Assembly (NCBI GenBank): GCA_039802605.1
Contig: JBDRWW010000004.1
Coordinates: 1 to 64,000, forward strand
Length of the DNA: 64,000 nt
Origin: a candidate division WOR-3 bacterium
GTDB lineage: Bacteria > Hydrothermota > Hydrothermia > LBFQ01
Direction: 5' to 3'
Both the position numbers and the translations under genes were made by a program. Below, one piece after another: positions 1 through 10,545 of this stretch; within the stretch, counting starts at the first letter, position 1, and the number at the start of each line of letters is the position of its first letter. The notes under the pieces were generated by a model. The model worked only from the letters and a program-made list of their open reading frames with translations. It made no database searches and had not been told where the DNA came from.

Positions 1-1
1 T

Positions 2-361
2 GTTGCGGGGGAAACTAGGAATTCCTCAGACTTTGCACCTAGTAGAAATGTCTTCGGTACTACCAGTATGGATGATGCCTTTGTAAGTAGGTTAGATAGT
101 CCATCATTGTCAATAACAGAAGATATAGCACATACACAAAAAATTATAACCATAGGCAAAAACGAAATACTCATAACCCTACAAAAGTCCTCTTATGTTG
201 GCATAAATGTTTATACCACAAGTGGCAGGCTTGTAAAGAGGTTTAGTTTTGGGTATTTACCCGCTGGAAAGCATAGGTTTAAGTTGGATGTTAAAAGAGG
301 CGCATATATCCTGAAAGTTAGGATAGGCGATAAAGTTGAGGAGTTTAAAGGGGTGTTTTAA
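2..361 (+). CDS. C-terminal part of a secreted SBBP/beta-propeller repeat protein with a T9SS-type C-terminal sorting domain (5' truncated by the window)
   Basis: Frame is open from base 2 (VAGETRNSSDFAP...DDAFVSRL, an SBBP-like repeat) and ends in INVYTTSGRLVK...GAYILKVRIG, typical of T9SS/FlgD-like CTDs. Confidence 0.7.
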   Translation, partial: VAGETRNSSDFAPSRNVFGTTSMDDAFVSRLDSPSLSITEDIAHTQKIITIGKNEILITLQKSSYVGINVYTTSGRLVKRFSFGYLPAGKHRFKLDVKRGAYILKVRIGDKVEEFKGVF

Positions 362-606
362 CAAATAACAACCCTTTTCGTGGTTCCCGTAATATACACA
401 TTCTTAACACCGGAAAGGAAGACAAAGGGGAGATAGTAAGCCTCCTTTACAAAAAACTTTTCAACATTAAAATGCTTTTCTTATGGTAATGGTATTTGTT
501 ATTAGGTTATCCAATAAATTGAAATAAAGTCGTGGTGAATGGTGTAGAACTTTTGGCAAAATTTTAATTCCCTACGGATAAATCAAACAGCGGTAAAATC
601 CCCGCT

Positions 607-1467
607 ATGAGGATAGGCGTTATCGGAGGCTCGGGTTTTTACAATATCGAAGGGTATGACATCCTTGATAGGAGGCATATAATAAAAACACCTTGGGGGG
701 AGCCATCAGCCGATTACATAATTGCGGGTAAAGATGGGTTTGAGTTTGTATTCTTGGCAAGGCATGGGAAGGACCATTCCATCCCCCCGCATAAAATACC
801 TTTTAGGGCGAATATGTGGGGTTTCAGGCTTTTAGAGGTTGATAGGATCTTTGCAATATCCGCCGTTGGCTCAATGGACCCCAATATAGGGGTCGGTTCT
901 ATTGTAATACCCGATCAACTTATAGACTTCACGAGGACGAGGGGACAAATATCATTTTACGATGGAAAATACACGCCTTCTGGGGAGTTTATGCATCCGG
1001 GCTTTGGTGAGGATAGGGTTTATAAGGCTTTAACGGAAAAGAAAGTTGTGCATATAGATGTTACAAATCCTTTTTGTCCGCAGGGTAGAAAGGCCGCCTA
1101 TGAGGTACTATCCGAAAGGGGCTTAAATGTTATACCAAAGGGGACATATGTAGCAACGGAAGGGCCAAGGCTTGAAACCGCTGCGGAAATAAGGGCCTTT
1201 AGGCTTCTCGGTGGTGATATAGTGGGCATGACGGCCGTTCCAGAGGCCTTTCTCGCAAGAGAATTGGAAATATGTTATACATTGATAACCGTCATAACGA
1301 ATATGGCCGCCGGAATATCCACGACAAAACTAACCACGGAAGAGGTTTTATCCGTATCTTCAAGGTTAAAGCAGGAAATAATAAACGCTTTGCCCGAAAT
1401 AGTTAAAAGGTTACCCGAAGAGAGGGATCCCGAATGCGCTGAGGCTTTGAAGGGTGCCATAATGTAA
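607..1467 (+). CDS. mtnP: S-methyl-5'-thioadenosine/purine nucleoside phosphorylase
   Basis: IGVIGGSG, FLARHG, SAVGS, TEGPRLETAAE, VGMT and VITNMAAG motifs. Confidence 0.9.
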   Translation: MRIGVIGGSGFYNIEGYDILDRRHIIKTPWGEPSADYIIAGKDGFEFVFLARHGKDHSIPPHKIPFRANMWGFRLLEVDRIFAISAVGSMDPNIGVGSIVIPDQLIDFTRTRGQISFYDGKYTPSGEFMHPGFGEDRVYKALTEKKVVHIDVTNPFCPQGRKAAYEVLSERGLNVIPKGTYVATEGPRLETAAEIRAFRLLGGDIVGMTAVPEAFLARELEICYTLITVITNMAAGISTTKLTTEEVLSVSSRLKQEIINALPEIVKRLPEERDPECAEALKGAIM

Positions 1468-1916
1468 TGAAAGAATTAACCGCAGCCTTACTTTTAATAT
1501 CCTGTACGGCAGCACCCCCTTATATGGATGCGGAAAAAGTTGCGGAGGAATATTTAACTTCCATTGAGAATGGGGATTTTAAAAAGGCCTATATGCTAAT
1601 TGATGGGGTTTCCCGTAGATTTACCCCTTACGATGACTTTGTAAAATACTGGAACGATTTTTTTAAGAGGTATGGAAAACCCTATAAACACACCATACAC
1701 GATGTGTCAAAGGAGGATAAATATGCCGTTGTTGAATACACTTGGCACTTTAAAAAGTTGCCGGAAAACGACACGGCCATATTTTTGGATAGTAGATCTT
1801 TTAGGCTTAGGTTGAGGTATGAATTCCGTAGGTGGGCGGTAAAGTTTAGGAAATACATGGTAATTAAAGAAACCCCAACGCCTTATGGCATTGAAAGGGA
1901 AATTATAAAGGAGTGA
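1467..1916 (+). CDS. Lipoprotein, probable NTF2-like (DUF4878-like) fold
   Basis: Lipobox LLISC; AEEYLTSIENGDFKKAY helix pattern; start overlaps the mtnP stop. Confidence 0.55.
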   Translation: MKELTAALLLISCTAAPPYMDAEKVAEEYLTSIENGDFKKAYMLIDGVSRRFTPYDDFVKYWNDFFKRYGKPYKHTIHDVSKEDKYAVVEYTWHFKKLPENDTAIFLDSRSFRLRLRYEFRRWAVKFRKYMVIKETPTPYGIEREIIKE

Positions 1917-3616
1917 TGAAAATTTTAGGGCTTTTAATACCCCACTGGAAAAGGATTTTGGCGGGATTTTTTATACTTTTAGTTGTGGATTTGGGACAGC
2001 TCATAATACCCATATTCATAAAAAACGCGGTTGATAGGCTGTACTTGGGGAAGTTTTCGGAAGTTCCCATATGGGCTTTGTATATTTTCTTGGTGGCAAT
2101 GGCATTTTCAATTCTTAGGTTCTTTTGGAGGATATTCTTTATAGGGACATCAAGGCTTATAGAAAGGGATATGAGGGATGTTTTATACCAACACTTGTTA
2201 AAACTCCATCCCCATTACTTTAACTCCCTACAAACGGGTGATGTAATAGCCCTATTTACCAACGACTTACAGGCCATAAATATGGCTTTGGGTATGGGCT
2301 TGGTGGCAATATCCGATTTCCTAATATACACTTCATTTTCCATAATTGCCATGTTGATAATCTCCCCACTTTTAACCGCCATGGTCATAATACCCCTTCC
2401 ATTCCTCGGAATTGTTATGTTTTTCCTCGGAAGGAAGATACACAGGCAATTTTTAGAAATTCAGGATTATTTCGGTTATATCACGGAATGGATAAGGGAT
2501 ATAATATCGGGCATAAGGGTTGTTAAGGCTTATGATACCGAGGGTAGATTGGTGAAGAGGTATGAGGAAATATCTAAGGAATTCTTAAACCTGAATGTGT
2601 TTATGGGCGCCCTTGATGGCATATTTAACTCCGCGATATTTCTATTGGCCTATTTATCCACGGCAATATTGCTCTTGGTTGGTGGCAGCATGACCACAAC
2701 GGGTAAGATAACGCTCGGTGATTATGTAGCATTCGGTAGTTATATAGGGATGATGATATGGCCCATGATGGCTTTGGGGTGGTTTGCCAACTTAATACAG
2801 CGCGGAAACGCCTCCTACGATAGAATTCTCAACTTCCTCAAAGTCAAACCCGAAATAGATGAAGGTGGAAAAATAAACATAGATGGTTTTGAACGCTTGG
2901 AAACCCGTTCTTTAACCTTCTCAATTGGGGATAAGCAAATTATAAAAGGTATAAACTTTGAGGTTAGAAGGGGAGAGATTGTAGGTATTACGGGGCCTAC
3001 GGGCTCGGGGAAAAGTGTATTTTTGCACCTCTTGGCGAGGTTCTATAACCCCATAGGTGGGGAAATACTAATAAACGGCTTCCCTTGGGAAGAAGTATCA
3101 ACAAAATCCATAAGGAAACATATACTCTTACTCCCACAGGAACCCTTTATATTCTCCCTTAGCATACGGGAAAACCTTTTGTTGGCAAACCCAAGTGCGG
3201 ATGAGGATAAGATGTGGTGGGCTTTGGAAATGGCAAACTTAAAAGAAGATGTTAAATCCTTTCCAAAGGGTCTGGATACGCTAATAGGTGAAAGGGGATA
3301 TTCACTATCGGGGGGGCAAAGGCAAAGGCTTATGTTGGCAATGGCATTTTTAAGCGATGCCGAGTTGGTACTTTTGGATGAATCGCTATCAGCGCTTGAT
3401 TCGCATACTGAGAAAGGGGTTGTTAATAATCTCAAGAATTTGGGTAAAACCATAGTTTTGGTTTCTCACAGGATTTCATCCCTTATGGATTGCGATAGGA
3501 TATATGTGTTCCATGAGGGTAGGGTTGTGGAGGTTGGGAATTTTGAGGAATTGATAAGCCTTAACGGACTATTTTCCCTGTTATACAACGCCCAAAAGGA
3601 GGGTATATCGGTTTAA
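1913..3616 (+). CDS. ABC exporter, fused permease and ATP-binding domains (MdlA-like)
   Basis: Multi-TM N-terminal half; Walker A GPTGSGKS, signature LSGGQRQR, Walker B LLDE, H-loop VSHR. Confidence 0.9.
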   Translation: MMKILGLLIPHWKRILAGFFILLVVDLGQLIIPIFIKNAVDRLYLGKFSEVPIWALYIFLVAMAFSILRFFWRIFFIGTSRLIERDMRDVLYQHLLKLHPHYFNSLQTGDVIALFTNDLQAINMALGMGLVAISDFLIYTSFSIIAMLIISPLLTAMVIIPLPFLGIVMFFLGRKIHRQFLEIQDYFGYITEWIRDIISGIRVVKAYDTEGRLVKRYEEISKEFLNLNVFMGALDGIFNSAIFLLAYLSTAILLLVGGSMTTTGKITLGDYVAFGSYIGMMIWPMMALGWFANLIQRGNASYDRILNFLKVKPEIDEGGKINIDGFERLETRSLTFSIGDKQIIKGINFEVRRGEIVGITGPTGSGKSVFLHLLARFYNPIGGEILINGFPWEEVSTKSIRKHILLLPQEPFIFSLSIRENLLLANPSADEDKMWWALEMANLKEDVKSFPKGLDTLIGERGYSLSGGQRQRLMLAMAFLSDAELVLLDESLSALDSHTEKGVVNNLKNLGKTIVLVSHRISSLMDCDRIYVFHEGRVVEVGNFEELISLNGLFSLLYNAQKEGISV

Positions 3617-3620
3617 GATC

Positions 3621-4433
3621 TCATTTAACATTCAAAAGGGGTGTTAGTTTTTGGTCATAAGGTGCTACGATAATTGTGTTGTTTTGGCTCTTTGCAAATT
3701 CCCGTAATATCTCCAAATACTTCCAAGTCAGGTATTGATTTGTAAGTTGTCTCGCTATGATTTTTTGAGCCTCCGCAATTCCCTCGGCCTCTATCTTTTT
3801 TCTTTCCGCTTCCAACTTTTCCCTTTCTATTACATACTTCATCCTTTCCGCCTCCTGTTGGGCTATCTGCTTTTGCTCAATGGCATCCAAAAACCTCTGG
3901 GGGAACCTTATTTTCCTTACATATATGCCCATCACCTTAATCCTGTTTTCCTTACCCAAAGCCTTTACAACCCTATCCCTCAAAAGTTCCGAAAACTTTT
4001 CCCTCATGGAGTATATATCACTCGTGTTATAAAGGGATACCGCATCCCTAACCTCCGATCTGACCGCGGGGATTAAAAACTTCCCCTCAACGGTTTCAGG
4101 CAATGGTAATCCGTAATCAATTGCCAACTCCGCCGCTTTATCGCCTTTGATCGTATAACTTACTGTTAATTCCACAAGCACGGGCAAACCGTCCTTACTC
4201 AAAGCCTCAATCGGATCCAAACCCTTCTCTCCCTTCTCTTCGGATACAAAATCCAAAGTCAAGTTGTATGATGGTACCTTTATTATACCCTGAATTCCCG
4301 GAATGAAAAAGTGTATTCCGGGGTTTAACTCGTTTGAATCTATAACGCCGAAATTCTTCTTTATACCCACCTCACCCGAGTCTATCTGGGCACAAGATGT
4401 TAATAGAGATAAAATTAAAAGGTCCCTTTTCAT
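3621..4433 (-). CDS. SPFH/prohibitin (Band 7) family protein
   Basis: GEVGIKKNFG, PGIHFFIP, SKDGL, AIEQKQIAQQEAER coiled coil, IEAEGIAEAQ. Confidence 0.9.
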   Translation of the reverse strand: MKRDLLILSLLTSCAQIDSGEVGIKKNFGVIDSNELNPGIHFFIPGIQGIIKVPSYNLTLDFVSEEKGEKGLDPIEALSKDGLPVLVELTVSYTIKGDKAAELAIDYGLPLPETVEGKFLIPAVRSEVRDAVSLYNTSDIYSMREKFSELLRDRVVKALGKENRIKVMGIYVRKIRFPQRFLDAIEQKQIAQQEAERMKYVIEREKLEAERKKIEAEGIAEAQKIIARQLTNQYLTWKYLEILREFAKSQNNTIIVAPYDQKLTPLLNVK

Positions 4434-4451
4434 AAGCGGATATTATAATGC

Positions 4452-7400
4452 TTAAAAGTTGATCTTCACATCAACCCTCAACTCGTTTGATTTTGAACCC
4501 GTTGTGGTTTTTCTATCATATGAATAACTCCTTGAATATACGAAAGTTGCATCAACCGCATTACTAAAAGAGTATGTTGCGGATAAACTGAAAGAGTATC
4601 CCCTCCTATCCGAAAGGTTATTCACCTGTGGGTATTCAAAACCACCTATCGGGTCATATTTGTAATTAATCGCATCGGACCTTGAAGAGTTTATTGAATA
4701 TGTTAGGGATAGCACGAGCATATTTTTCAGGGAAAGGAAATTGCCTTTTGACCACGGAAGTCTAAAACCCCCAAAGCCGTTTAGAGTGTGCGAGGCCGTA
4801 AAGTCTATGTTTGTTTGAATATCCCTTGTACCGGATTTAAAGGTTAATAATTGTTCGTTTTGGCTGATGGTTCTTGTGTATGTTATGTTCAAACTTGACC
4901 CCGAACTTAAAATAAAATTGGGGGATACCGATAAGGTGGTTGATGTCCTTTTATCGTATGAACTGTCCGGGGGGGTTGGGGGATAATATGTAAGGGTGTT
5001 GTCCTTTGAAAATGAAAGGTTTGCGTTTGAAGATGTTATAAACTTAATGGAAGATATAAAGGGTATTTTTGCCAAAGATACGGTTATATCCGGGAATCTG
5101 GTGTTGTTGGTTATAGATTGCCTAACCTTAGTATAAGAAAAAGTCCTTGAAAATGAATACCTGGGTTGCAAACTCAAATCCCAAAAGTTTATACCTGTAT
5201 TCACATCCACGGCATTGCGCTCCGTCCACGTGTTTGCAAAACTGTCCAAGGATATACCGGCATTTGGATCGTTTGTTATACCCAACCTATACCTCCAATC
5301 CGCCCTTCTTTGAACCAGATTAAACCTCGAATTCCTTGAAAAGCTGTAAGTTATCCTCATATTGTTCCAGAATTGTGAAATCTTGTCGAGGCCGTATAGT
5401 ATTGCGTGTAAAGGCCCGGCCGTTTGTAAAGATGTATCCTTACTTTCATCCCTGAGAGAGCCTATTTTTGAAAGGAGTTGCCCGTGGAAAATGGAAAACG
5501 AAGCCTGAACATTTAAGTTTTCGTCAAGGTTTCTAACATCAAGGTGGGGGGAAGGCCTTATTTCCAAGGAGTGGTTTTCGTTGTATGTATGCGAATATGA
5601 GAAGCCGGGTTGTAATATAAATATTTGCGGGATGTTTAAACTACCCGAATACCTCTCACCATAAGAAGATTCGTATCCGAGTATAGAGTCCCTTCTACTC
5701 TTGAATAATGTGTCGTACCTGTAATCCCCCGTCCTTGATATTCCATAACCCAGAGTTAAAAGGCCTGGCACCAAGTTGTAGTTTATATCACCCGAGAAAT
5801 TGCCGCTTTTTACCACGGTTGTGGTTGGAGAACCCAATATAAACCTTTTGCTGTAATCCCTGTTGTAGGTATAAGAGAAACTGTAAGAGGGTAGTGGATA
5901 AATTATCCTGTTGAAGATTTTGAACTCCACCCTAGGATTGTAAGAGTAGGAAACCCTATAATTTTCCTTAAAGGAGGTATCCCTAACCTCGGGCCCATTT
6001 GTTGAAGATGAACTGAAAGAGTTCGAAAGGTTCCAAGCGTCTAAAAGAACCCTACCCAAAAGGGATTTTGAACCGGTTTTCTTAAAAGACCAACCCAAGG
6101 ATTTGCTTTCCGAAGTGGTTATATAGAGGTTTTTTTCATAGTTTGTTTTTATCGGTACATCCAAGCCGGGCTTATACTTTGGTAATTGACCGCTCGTGCT
6201 ATAAGAAACGGTTATTGGGGCGGTTAAACCCCAAGAGGATGGTAAAAACCTATGCGAGTTTAGTGTAGCGGTAATGTTATATGACCTCTTGTCGTATGTG
6301 TTCCTCTGTGTTGCCGACTGCGCGAAATCAACCTGTTCTATTTGCCCATTTGTGCTTAATGAAAACAGATCGGAAAGTTTAAAGTTTATGTTGATCTTCC
6401 CCGCATTTGCGGATGTTCTAACCGGATCCGTTAATCTCAACTCGTTAATCCAAACTATCCCCGAATTCCTTGTACTCCCATCGTTTTCAATTCCAACCCA
6501 GAAAAACCTAACATCAAAAATATTTGGATTACCTTTAACTCCCAATGTTCCATTGCTCCTGTATGCAACCGATGATGTGGAATCCTTAAACCTAACCAAA
6601 TCTTCCAAGTTTATTTTAACCTCCTGCCAATCGCCACCTTTAACCTTATACTTGTACTCGTAAAAGTTCAAGCTATCGGTCCCAAACCTTATTATAACCT
6701 TCGGCGTATAACCGCCAACGCCCTTAATCCAAAAAGAAACGGATTTGTAGTTTATAAAGTTTAAGCTCTGGGTCAACGATTTCCTCGCCAGTGCATACTC
6801 TCCCGGTGCAAAATCCTGAAACTCCATTACAAGGGAACCCTCATCCTCCAACTTTCCCGTTGTTATATCCCTCTGCAATTTGTCCTCAACACCCGGAGGC
6901 GATGTATATCCCGGTGTGGTTTTCCTACTAACAAACCCCAAAACAAACTTTTGAACGGTATCCGCCGTATCAACCTTCACCCCCTCATTTACCCAATCGC
7001 TTCCCCCTATCCCGAGATTAACTATGTACAAAGTATCCGTTTTATCAAATCCCACCCAAGTTATGCGAATATACCTTATCCTTTCAAGGGTTGGCGTTCC
7101 AACCTTGTAATCGGGTTTCTTCAAAGGTATTCTGAACTGCTTCCACCCGTTGTATTCGCTTATGGGTGTCATGTTATCAAGGTCAAAAACATATGTGAAA
7201 TACCTTTCGTACCCGTTTAATGTCCCGTCTTTATCCATATCCTCGGTATCAAGCCTACCGTTTCCCTCAAACCCATCCATAGGGGAAAAGTCCGAGTTCC
7301 TCAAATCGGAGATATACGCGTAGTCGTCATTACCCCAATCGCCATTCCCGCAACCCGCCCTATCATCACCCTTTACACCATCAAAACCCGTATCCTCCTT

Positions 7401-9941
7401 ATCACCGCTTAAAAGGAAATCCCCATCCTTATCCTCCGTATTAAGCGTATCCAAACCCCTTATTTTCCCCCTACAATCCCTAATAAGCATATCTTCCGGT
7501 ATATCCGTTCCGAGATCAACTATAACCCTTCCACGCCCCTTTGCGTACAACTCCAAGTATTCCTTTTCCAAATAATTATAACCGCTTTCGTTTATAAGCC
7601 TCATAAGGGTTGTCCAATGGGGTAATCCATCGGTTTTTGGGCGGGCAACTATTATCATAACCTTTTCCCTATCGTTTATTTCTGTTGGGTCAAGGTTCGG
7701 GTATATCTGTCCCTTTGTGAATAAATTTGCCGTTGAAACCCAAGAGGTTTTTATTGCATAATAGTTTGTATCCGCCAAAAGGGAATCTATCCTCGGCCAA
7801 GAACCCGGATACCACCTTATATATTCGTCCGCAAACTCTTCAAGGCTTGAAGCCCCCCTATCAAAGTCGTCTATATAAGCCTCTCCCCTTGTATTCGGAT
7901 TCGGAAAGGACCTCGCTATTTCCCCCTCAACCGAAAGATTGCTCTTTTGCTCCAACGATAGGAAAGTGTATCTGTTTAAAAAGGAGTTTAGGTAATCCAT
8001 CGTGTGGTTTATCTTTCCGTCAAAGGATAAAACCTTATAACTCGTGGGTTCAAAACCAACCGCGGGCCTAAGGTATGAGGATGCCAAGGATTTTGATATA
8101 TAATTCAAGTGAAACTTCGCGTTCTCGGAAAGGTCAAATGTTGAAGATAATGCTATTATTCCCTTATTTCCCCCTCCAAAAATGTCATAACTCCTGTAGT
8201 TTACCTTTAATTCCGTGTTGGGTGGGAGGTCGGTTTTCAGTATCCTTATTTTTCCGGAAAAGTAATCAACGGTGTAATCAACATTCTCGGTTAATTTTTG
8301 TCCATTGGCGAATATCTCAACCGAACCCTCAACCAGGCCAAACCCCAATGTTATTTCCTTTTGGGGTTTTTCAAAGGATACAACGATGTAATAAATGTCC
8401 CTGTGGCTTGTGGGTATATCCTGTAAGCTGACCATATAAATCAGGCTATCCCTGTCTTTTAAGGAGGAATCGGCAAATGGCCAAAACTTCGGTATAAATA
8501 TGTAGCCGTTATACTTGTCGAGTATCCTAAAAGGAACCCCATTTACCTGAACATAATCGTCAGCAAAACCGTCTTGGTTGTTGTCTATACCCAATATTTT
8601 CGTAAAGGGGATTCCGTCTTGGGAGTTTGGGTCGGTGCTCGTACTCGGCAAATCCCGGAAAATATCCACCTTTACAGACGAAACCGTGGTGTCGATGTCT
8701 CCCGGGAGCCTATAAGCGTATTTAACCTCGTATGAATTTATCTCTACGGCGCAAGGTATAGATGTATCCGATAGGGTGGTGCGGTTCCTCTTTAATAGGA
8801 GCATTTTAATTGGGTTTAAACTGTCGGGATTTTGTGGGATATTACCTATTCTTACCGTATCCGAACCCTTAACAAGGGTTATAACCGCACCAAGCCACCA
8901 CTCCCCACCGGGGGGGTTTATGACCTCAATAACCCTTCCACCAACGGATGTAATAAAATCTTTACCCGGTGTTAATTCCTTCCACCTACCAAATTTTACG
9001 CATACGCTTGTATCCGGCCAGGTTGTATCCCCCCTAAAATAGGCCTTAGCATATGTATAAACATCGTTTGGAGGGGGTGATGTTGTGTAATACAGTCTAA
9101 TATCGGTTATTGCGTAGTTTTCGGGGTCGGGAACGAATAGGGATATGGGGATATAAAAGAACCTATCCCTAACATAATCCCTTGCATATATGGTATCCGT
9201 TATTATTTGCGATTGTAGGGTAAAAACCTTGGTCTGGCTTACACCCCTCTCCCTCGTCGCCAAGAAAACCACATTTGAAGGTCCAAAACCGAATTTCCCC
9301 TTTAACCCAAACAAACCCGCCCCGGCACCAATGGAAGTGTATGAAGTTGTGGGAAAGCCCGAGGCGTCTATATCACCAGCCTCCAAACTCTGAACTATAT
9401 CGTCATCCGTACCCGTATATGAGAGTTTCACCTGATTCCTTGAAAAATCCGTTGCCTCCGAATTGTGCGTGACGGTGACCTTTAACCTATCGGTTATCTG
9501 TCCGGTTATATTAACGTTTAAAGTTTGCTTCATTTGGAGTTGCGGTATATCGGACGAAACCGTATCGTATTTACCCCCAAAGATATAACTGTCCTGCCTA
9601 CCGCCGAGACTTATGGTTTGATTACCGGTTAGGGATACCTTGCTAATTCCCTCACCCAAGAACCTCCACCTTGAAGGTATATAAACCGGTACGCTTATAT
9701 CCGGTATTAAGCCAACACCCTTAGCAAACGATGTATCCGATTTTTTTAGCTCGTCCTCTTTTACGCTTTTTAACAACCTCAACCCGAAAAAGTCTTCATA
9801 AGTATAAACCCTTACCGTATCGGCATACCCGTTATACCTAAGTTTTTCGTATATGAATGTGGAATCATATCCCCATTCCCGCCCAAAAATTTCCCTAACC
9901 AAGTTTTCCGAGAAATCCGTATATGCCAAAAGTATTATCAC
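4452..9941 (-). CDS. sprA: SprA-like type IX secretion system outer-membrane translocon
   Basis: 1829 aa; NVNITGQITDRLKV, KLSYTGTDDDIVQSLEAGDI, GLFGLK, DYTVDYFSGKI, AYIDDF and WINELRL motifs; beta-rich C-terminus ending in Phe. Confidence 0.8.
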   Translation of the reverse strand: MIILLAYTDFSENLVREIFGREWGYDSTFIYEKLRYNGYADTVRVYTYEDFFGLRLLKSVKEDELKKSDTSFAKGVGLIPDISVPVYIPSRWRFLGEGISKVSLTGNQTISLGGRQDSYIFGGKYDTVSSDIPQLQMKQTLNVNITGQITDRLKVTVTHNSEATDFSRNQVKLSYTGTDDDIVQSLEAGDIDASGFPTTSYTSIGAGAGLFGLKGKFGFGPSNVVFLATRERGVSQTKVFTLQSQIITDTIYARDYVRDRFFYIPISLFVPDPENYAITDIRLYYTTSPPPNDVYTYAKAYFRGDTTWPDTSVCVKFGRWKELTPGKDFITSVGGRVIEVINPPGGEWWLGAVITLVKGSDTVRIGNIPQNPDSLNPIKMLLLKRNRTTLSDTSIPCAVEINSYEVKYAYRLPGDIDTTVSSVKVDIFRDLPSTSTDPNSQDGIPFTKILGIDNNQDGFADDYVQVNGVPFRILDKYNGYIFIPKFWPFADSSLKDRDSLIYMVSLQDIPTSHRDIYYIVVSFEKPQKEITLGFGLVEGSVEIFANGQKLTENVDYTVDYFSGKIRILKTDLPPNTELKVNYRSYDIFGGGNKGIIALSSTFDLSENAKFHLNYISKSLASSYLRPAVGFEPTSYKVLSFDGKINHTMDYLNSFLNRYTFLSLEQKSNLSVEGEIARSFPNPNTRGEAYIDDFDRGASSLEEFADEYIRWYPGSWPRIDSLLADTNYYAIKTSWVSTANLFTKGQIYPNLDPTEINDREKVMIIVARPKTDGLPHWTTLMRLINESGYNYLEKEYLELYAKGRGRVIVDLGTDIPEDMLIRDCRGKIRGLDTLNTEDKDGDFLLSGDKEDTGFDGVKGDDRAGCGNGDWGNDDYAYISDLRNSDFSPMDGFEGNGRLDTEDMDKDGTLNGYERYFTYVFDLDNMTPISEYNGWKQFRIPLKKPDYKVGTPTLERIRYIRITWVGFDKTDTLYIVNLGIGGSDWVNEGVKVDTADTVQKFVLGFVSRKTTPGYTSPPGVEDKLQRDITTGKLEDEGSLVMEFQDFAPGEYALARKSLTQSLNFINYKSVSFWIKGVGGYTPKVIIRFGTDSLNFYEYKYKVKGGDWQEVKINLEDLVRFKDSTSSVAYRSNGTLGVKGNPNIFDVRFFWVGIENDGSTRNSGIVWINELRLTDPVRTSANAGKININFKLSDLFSLSTNGQIEQVDFAQSATQRNTYDKRSYNITATLNSHRFLPSSWGLTAPITVSYSTSGQLPKYKPGLDVPIKTNYEKNLYITTSESKSLGWSFKKTGSKSLLGRVLLDAWNLSNSFSSSSTNGPEVRDTSFKENYRVSYSYNPRVEFKIFNRIIYPLPSYSFSYTYNRDYSKRFILGSPTTTVVKSGNFSGDINYNLVPGLLTLGYGISRTGDYRYDTLFKSRRDSILGYESSYGERYSGSLNIPQIFILQPGFSYSHTYNENHSLEIRPSPHLDVRNLDENLNVQASFSIFHGQLLSKIGSLRDESKDTSLQTAGPLHAILYGLDKISQFWNNMRITYSFSRNSRFNLVQRRADWRYRLGITNDPNAGISLDSFANTWTERNAVDVNTGINFWDLSLQPRYSFSRTFSYTKVRQSITNNTRFPDITVSLAKIPFISSIKFITSSNANLSFSKDNTLTYYPPTPPDSSYDKRTSTTLSVSPNFILSSGSSLNITYTRTISQNEQLLTFKSGTRDIQTNIDFTASHTLNGFGGFRLPWSKGNFLSLKNMLVLSLTYSINSSRSDAINYKYDPIGGFEYPQVNNLSDRRGYSFSLSATYSFSNAVDATFVYSRSYSYDRKTTTGSKSNELRVDVKINF

Positions 9942-10519
9942 AACAAGACGATGTTTTCCTGAGACCTTACAATCGTACCCTTATACAGGAAATCCACCTG
10001 CCTTAGGGTAAATTGGTAGTCGTCTTCCGTTAAAGCCGAGATGCAATCCATTGGGACTATAACATTATACCACCTTAACGCGGCGGAACCTGCGGTGTGT
10101 AATACACATATATTTGCAACCGTGCCGGTAATCACCAAGCTCTTTATACCCTTAACCCTTAGTATATGGTCAAGGGATGTGCCGTAAAATGCATCATACC
10201 TCAGCTTTTTAACGGTTATGTCCCTATCCGTAGGCCTTAACTCGTCCACAATTTCGGCCCCCCATGTGCCCGCAACGGCATGGACACCCCATATCTTAAA
10301 CTCCGGGTCATCTTCCATATGCCAGTCCTGTGTGTATATTATAGTTGAGTTCTTTTCCCTAAACTTTTCTATAAGGGATTTTATGGGTTTTATTGTCTTC
10401 GGTGCATCGGGTACAAATAAAGAACCCCTTTCATGGGCAAAATCGTTTTGCATATCGACGATTATTAATGCCGTTTCCTTTGCAGACAATTCCACCCTTT
10501 CTTTCACCTCGTATTTCAT
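9938..10519 (-). CDS. Isochorismatase-family cysteine hydrolase (nicotinamidase-like)
   Basis: ALIIVDMQNDF, QDWH, KLRYDAF, GTVANICV. Confidence 0.9.
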   Translation of the reverse strand: MKYEVKERVELSAKETALIIVDMQNDFAHERGSLFVPDAPKTIKPIKSLIEKFREKNSTIIYTQDWHMEDDPEFKIWGVHAVAGTWGAEIVDELRPTDRDITVKKLRYDAFYGTSLDHILRVKGIKSLVITGTVANICVLHTAGSAALRWYNVIVPMDCISALTEDDYQFTLRQVDFLYKGTIVRSQENIVLL

Positions 10520-10545
10520 AGTTTGATATTATAAAGTTGGGAATT

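Noticed and set aside
362..593. AT-rich intergenic region as a riboswitch or ncRNA upstream of mtnP
   Set aside because: No recognisable aptamer or stable stems, and the -10 box at 594-599 implies mtnP has essentially no leader.
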